Origin: an uncultured Candidatus Binatia bacterium
Lineage (GTDB): Bacteria > Desulfobacterota > Binatia > UBA9968 > CAXXLF01
Length of the DNA: 64,000 nt
Reading direction: 5' to 3'
Assembly: GCA_965218425.1 (NCBI GenBank)
Contig: OZ244621.1
Coordinates: 4,128,001-4,192,000 of the forward strand
Numbering within the stretch: the first letter of the stretch is position 1; each line of letters starts with the position of its first letter. Below are positions 59,965 through 64,000 of the stretch, one piece after another. The notes below the pieces were generated by a model, which saw nothing but the letters and a program-made list of their open reading frames with translations, had not been told where the DNA came from and made no database searches. Both the position numbers and the translations under genes were made by a program.

Positions 59965-60491
59965 ATGAAACCGGCCAACTTTCAATACTATGATCCCACG
60001 ACCATCGGGGAAGTAGTGGATCTGCTTTCCCAATTGGGTGACCAGGCTCGTCCCCTGGCGGGGGGACAGAGTCTCGTCCCCCTAATGAACTTTCGTCTCC
60101 TCAGGCCGGCGCATCTGATCGATCTCAACGGAGTGAGAGAACTCAGCTATTTGAGAGTGAGAAACGGTGAGCTGCGGATTGGCGCCATGACCCGCCAGCG
60201 TCAGCTAGAGCGCTCAACTGAGGTGGCAAGAAGTTTTGGGGGCACCACGGATTGCAATGCGGGTTTTGTACACCAGGAATCCTGTTGACAGCACAAGCTC
60301 TCCTCACGGAAAAGCCGGACCCAAGCGAGGAGGACATTCACCAGTGGATCAGCGGCAACCTGCGCCGCTGTACCGGTTATAAAAATATTGTGACCGCAAT
60401 CCGAGAAGCGGCAAAGGCCCTGGCGGCTGAACAACCGTCAGATCTTTGCGGGGTTAACACAGCAGATGGCATACATTGGCGCGAGAGTTAG
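59965..60491 (+). pseudogene. Deletion fusion of CoxM-like FAD subunit N-terminus and CoxS-like 2Fe-2S subunit C-terminus
   Basis: MKPANFQYY.P...LAGGQSLVPLMNFRL..LIDLN...IGAMTRQ joins out of frame at about 60225-60235 to FWGHHGLQCGFCTPG...GNLRRCTGY (canonical GNLCRCTGY). Confidence 0.85.
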
Positions 60492-62772
60492 ACGAAAAGA
60501 AGACTTAAGGCTACTGCGGGGCACGGGAAAGTACGTTGCCGATATCCACCGTGTCGGCATGGTTCATGCGGCCATTCTACGCAGCACCCATGCCCATGCC
60601 CGCATTATCAATATCGACGCCACGGCAGCGACAAACCTTCCGGGGGTTATCGGTATCTTGACCGCGGCAGATATCCCCGGTATGAAGACCATCCCTATGC
60701 GCACCGGACGCATCGATGGCATGGAACGGTCGCAACAGACGCCGCTGGCCACCACCACCGTTCGTTACGTTGGTGATCCGGTGGCAGTGGTGGCGGCGGA
60801 AACCCGATACCTTGCCGAAGATGCCCTGGAGCTCGTTGAGGTGGAATACAAGCCGCTGGGCGTAGTAACAGACTCCCGGGAGAGCATGCAAGCGGGCGCC
60901 CCGCAACTCCACGAGACCGTGCCCAACAACACCCCGGCTGACTTTCAGGTCAATGTGGGGGATGTGGAAGCTGCCTTCAAGGATTCCGATCTGATCTTGG
61001 AGGAAGAGTTCTCGACCAATCGTCATGCGGCGGTGCCACTGGAAACCCGTGGTCTGGTGGCCGAGTACGACGAAGGGCGCAGACAACTCACGGTGTGGGG
61101 CCCCACCAAGATGACCCACACGAATTGGCGCATGCTCTCAGACCACCTTGGTCTGCCGCAGAGCTCCATTCAGTTTATCGAACCAGACGTGGGCGGCGGT
61201 TTCGGTGCACGGGGAGAATTTTATCCCGAAGACTTTTTGATTCCCTTCGCCTCCATCCATTTTCGTAGGCCCATCTGTTGGATCGAAGACCGTTCAGAGA
61301 ACCTGAAGGCCATGAACCAGTCGCGCCAGCAAAAGTATCGAGTCAAGGTAGGAGTTAAAAAAGACGGCACCATCATGGCACTGGATGCCGAGATGTTGTT
61401 CGATATGGGCGGTTATACGAGGACCCATGGTGGAACTCCGGCAATATCCGCCTCCTCCATTCTAAGAGGTCCCTATCGCATTAAGAACTATCGCCTCGAC
61501 GTGTTCTGCGTGCTCACGAACAAGACTCCGGTTGGCACTTACCGCGCCCCGGGACGTTACGAGGCCAATTTCGTACGCGAGCGCTTGTTAGACATGGTGG
61601 CAGGCCGCCTGGGATTGGATCCTGCTGAACTTAGAAGGCGCAATTTGATTCGCCACGACGACATGCCCTACGACCTTGGCAAGCATCCCTTTAACTCCTG
61701 GGTTTTGGATACCGGTGATTACCCCGCACAGTTTGAGAATGCCCTCGCGCGCATCAAATACGAGAAGCTCAAGGTTGATTGCCTCGCGGCAAAACGAGAG
61801 GGCCGTGCCCTTGGGATTGGAATCGGCTGTTTTGTCGAAAGCAGTGGCATCGGGCCCTGGGAGTACGCACGAGTAGAAGTGGATAATACGGGTCAGGTGG
61901 TACTCTACTCGGGCTGCAACTCCCTGGGACAGGGCATTGCCACTGCCCTGAGCCAGATTGTGGCAGACGAACTCCTGGTATCCATCGAGGACGTACGGGT
62001 CGTTCATGGGGATACCGCAAAGGTCCCCTTTGGCAACGGCAGCAACGCCAGCCGCTCAGTGGTTATGGCGGGTAGCGCCGCCGTGGGAGCATCACGCAAA
62101 GTCAAGGAGAAGCTCCTGCAGCTGGCCTCCATCGCACTGGAGATCCAACCAGCAGATCTTTTCCTTCGGAACGGAAGGGTCGTGGCCCAGGGGGCGCCGG
62201 GACGTTCCATGGGATTTGCCGATCTTGCGCGATTGGCATTGCCCGGGACGGCGCTAAAACAGGGCGTCACACCGGGCATATCCGAGGAAGACTTTTTCGC
62301 CAGCGACAAGCGCCCTTTCCCCTATGGTGCGCACATTGCCGTGGTGGAAGTGGACCGGATAACCGGCACTGTCAAAATCCTGGAATACCTGGTGATAGAA
62401 GACGTGGGCAGAAAGATCAATCCTATGATTGTGGAAGGACAGGTGATGGGCGGTCTGGCCCAGGGCATTGGCGGCGCGCTGCTGGAAGAATTCGTGTACG
62501 ACAGCGATGGCCAACCCCAGGCCACCAGCTTTATGGATTACCTGATGCCCACAGCCATGGAGATGCCCAAGGCCGTCCATCTGATTTCCACCGAGGATTT
62601 TCCCACGCCCCTCAATCCGCTGGGGGTCAAAGGTGCCGGTGAGGGGGGGATCAGTGCCGCCGGTGCAGCCCTGGCCAATGCGGTATCCAATGCCCTCGGT
62701 GTGAACGTAACCAAACTACCCTTGAAACCCGATTACCTCTGGGAATTGATCAAAAAGAGTAACGTTCGATGA
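60466..62772 (+). CDS. CoxL-like xanthine dehydrogenase-family molybdopterin subunit (not form I CO dehydrogenase)
   Basis: RKEDLRLLRG.GKY, DVGGGFG, TYRAPGR loop, NPLGVKGAGEGG. Confidence 0.92.
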   Translation: MAYIGARVRRKEDLRLLRGTGKYVADIHRVGMVHAAILRSTHAHARIINIDATAATNLPGVIGILTAADIPGMKTIPMRTGRIDGMERSQQTPLATTTVRYVGDPVAVVAAETRYLAEDALELVEVEYKPLGVVTDSRESMQAGAPQLHETVPNNTPADFQVNVGDVEAAFKDSDLILEEEFSTNRHAAVPLETRGLVAEYDEGRRQLTVWGPTKMTHTNWRMLSDHLGLPQSSIQFIEPDVGGGFGARGEFYPEDFLIPFASIHFRRPICWIEDRSENLKAMNQSRQQKYRVKVGVKKDGTIMALDAEMLFDMGGYTRTHGGTPAISASSILRGPYRIKNYRLDVFCVLTNKTPVGTYRAPGRYEANFVRERLLDMVAGRLGLDPAELRRRNLIRHDDMPYDLGKHPFNSWVLDTGDYPAQFENALARIKYEKLKVDCLAAKREGRALGIGIGCFVESSGIGPWEYARVEVDNTGQVVLYSGCNSLGQGIATALSQIVADELLVSIEDVRVVHGDTAKVPFGNGSNASRSVVMAGSAAVGASRKVKEKLLQLASIALEIQPADLFLRNGRVVAQGAPGRSMGFADLARLALPGTALKQGVTPGISEEDFFASDKRPFPYGAHIAVVEVDRITGTVKILEYLVIEDVGRKINPMIVEGQVMGGLAQGIGGALLEEFVYDSDGQPQATSFMDYLMPTAMEMPKAVHLISTEDFPTPLNPLGVKGAGEGGISAAGAALANAVSNALGVNVTKLPLKPDYLWELIKKSNVR

Positions 62773-62812
62773 GGCGTCCAGAGATATACGGCAGTGTGAG
62801 GGCTCCACGAAA

Positions 62813-63319
62813 ATGGCACCCATGAACGAAAGTGCGGCCACAACCGTAGTGGAAGGCCTGAAGGCGGTTGGTGTCAGGTTGATTGTGCACCTCCCGGACA
62901 GCTGGCTTTCAGACATCGGAGAAGTGGCCGCCGGTGATCCGGAGATTCGCTATGTTCCCGTGGCCAATGAAAGCGACGGAGCGGCCATCTGCGGTGGCGC
63001 ATGGCTGGGCGGGTTGAAGGCGGCCATGGTCATGGAAAACAGCGGGCTCCTTGTTTCCACCTATGTACTGACGAGATTTCATTTGACCTTCGGTATTCCG
63101 ACCCTTCTGATTGTTTCCTATCGCGGGGACTTTGGCGACGGGAACTGGTGGAGCTCCTCTGTAGGGCACGTCACCGAACCGGTCCTTGGTTCTCTCGGGA
63201 TAGGGTATGAGGTGGCTCGTTCCAGAGACAGTATAAAGCCCGCCATTGCAAAGGCTGCCAAAAGCGGAGCGGCTTCCCTTGCCCCTACGGCGGTTCTACT
63301 GGGTATAGGGTCCATATGA
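62813..63319 (+). CDS. ThDP-dependent decarboxylase alpha subunit (sulfopyruvate decarboxylase ComD-like)
   Basis: LPDSWL, ICGGAWLGG, MENSG, IP.LLIVSYRG. Confidence 0.8.
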   Translation: MAPMNESAATTVVEGLKAVGVRLIVHLPDSWLSDIGEVAAGDPEIRYVPVANESDGAAICGGAWLGGLKAAMVMENSGLLVSTYVLTRFHLTFGIPTLLIVSYRGDFGDGNWWSSSVGHVTEPVLGSLGIGYEVARSRDSIKPAIAKAAKSGAASLAPTAVLLGIGSI

Positions 63320-63942
63320 ACTCGCGCTACGAGTACCTGACCCTCTTGAACCGAGAATTGCGCGACGAGTTGATCGTGTGCAATAGCGGCGGCACACAAT
63401 ACGAACTGTTCAATATCAACGATCGGAAGGCCAACTTCTACGCTCCAGGGGTAGGCGTCGTTTGCCAGGTGGCCTTGGGAATGTCCCTTGCCGTACCCGA
63501 ACGGAAAGTCATCGCCCTGGACGGAGACGGCAGTCTTCTTTTAAATCTTGGTATCCTTCCCGTTCTAGGTCATGAGCGGCCCTCTAACCTGTTGATCATC
63601 ATCTTCGACAATGGGTTTTACGAGGCTGGAGGCAACAAGCGAAGCTTGGCAGGCTTCGAGACGAGAGTAGAGGATTTGGCGAGGGGAGCAGGAATTGATT
63701 CGGTGATGCTCATTTCGGATCTGGCGGAATTTGAAATCCATATAAAGACCAACCTCACCAGTCCCGGATTCTGCTTTTTCGTCGTAAAGACCCAGCCAGG
63801 TCGAGTCGGGGGCGATCCAAAGACCAATTCCGGAATGGAAATCAAATTTCGCTTTGCCCGCTATGTGGAAGAGAGCCTGGGACGAAGCATCTTTCAAGCA
63901 CCTACGCAAAGCTTTAAAAACGCAAATCCTAGCAGTAAATAA
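63316..63942 (+). CDS. ThDP-dependent decarboxylase beta subunit (ComE-like)
   Basis: ThDP motif DGDGSLLLN...IFDNG; ATGA overlap with the alpha subunit. Confidence 0.8.
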   Translation: MNSRYEYLTLLNRELRDELIVCNSGGTQYELFNINDRKANFYAPGVGVVCQVALGMSLAVPERKVIALDGDGSLLLNLGILPVLGHERPSNLLIIIFDNGFYEAGGNKRSLAGFETRVEDLARGAGIDSVMLISDLAEFEIHIKTNLTSPGFCFFVVKTQPGRVGGDPKTNSGMEIKFRFARYVEESLGRSIFQAPTQSFKNANPSSK

Positions 63943-64000
63943 AACTCATCATAGTCTGCAAAGCGCCATCCGTTAAAGGAGGAGGGGACCCCAATGATTA

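Noticed and set aside
60466..62772. Aerobic CO dehydrogenase
   Set aside because: Lacks the AYxCSFR motif, and the small and medium subunits are destroyed.

Overview
64 kb of bacterial chromosome made almost entirely of catabolic and transport paralogues, mostly arranged as single genes in mixed orientation. It holds 10 amidohydrolase_2-type metal-dependent hydrolases, 8 solute-binding proteins with no cognate permease (three of them tandem TctC/Bug copies), a Rieske oxygenase, an LLM monooxygenase, two cupins, two xanthine-dehydrogenase-family Mo subunits, mtnB-mtnD-mtnC, Uup, MsrB and a ComD/ComE-like ThDP decarboxylase pair. This gene content resembles Binatota/Tectomicrobia-like lineages (inference only). 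I saw no rRNA, tRNA, CRISPR array or intact mobile element. Two signals stand out. (1) Two OsmC-family genes that the ORF track splits each carry an in-frame TGA at the catalytic-Cys position, followed by a similarly placed SECIS-like hairpin. One is an intact candidate selenoprotein (2975-3499); the other is a frameshifted relic (11769-12294). (2) About 20 intergenic tracts are built from degenerate 7-bp repeat modules. They lie G-poor strand on + regardless of gene direction, partly keep the same module order, and separate genes that often have their own sigma70-like promoter, giving a cassette-like layout. Several small pseudogenes and several enzymes lacking canonical catalytic residues are also present.
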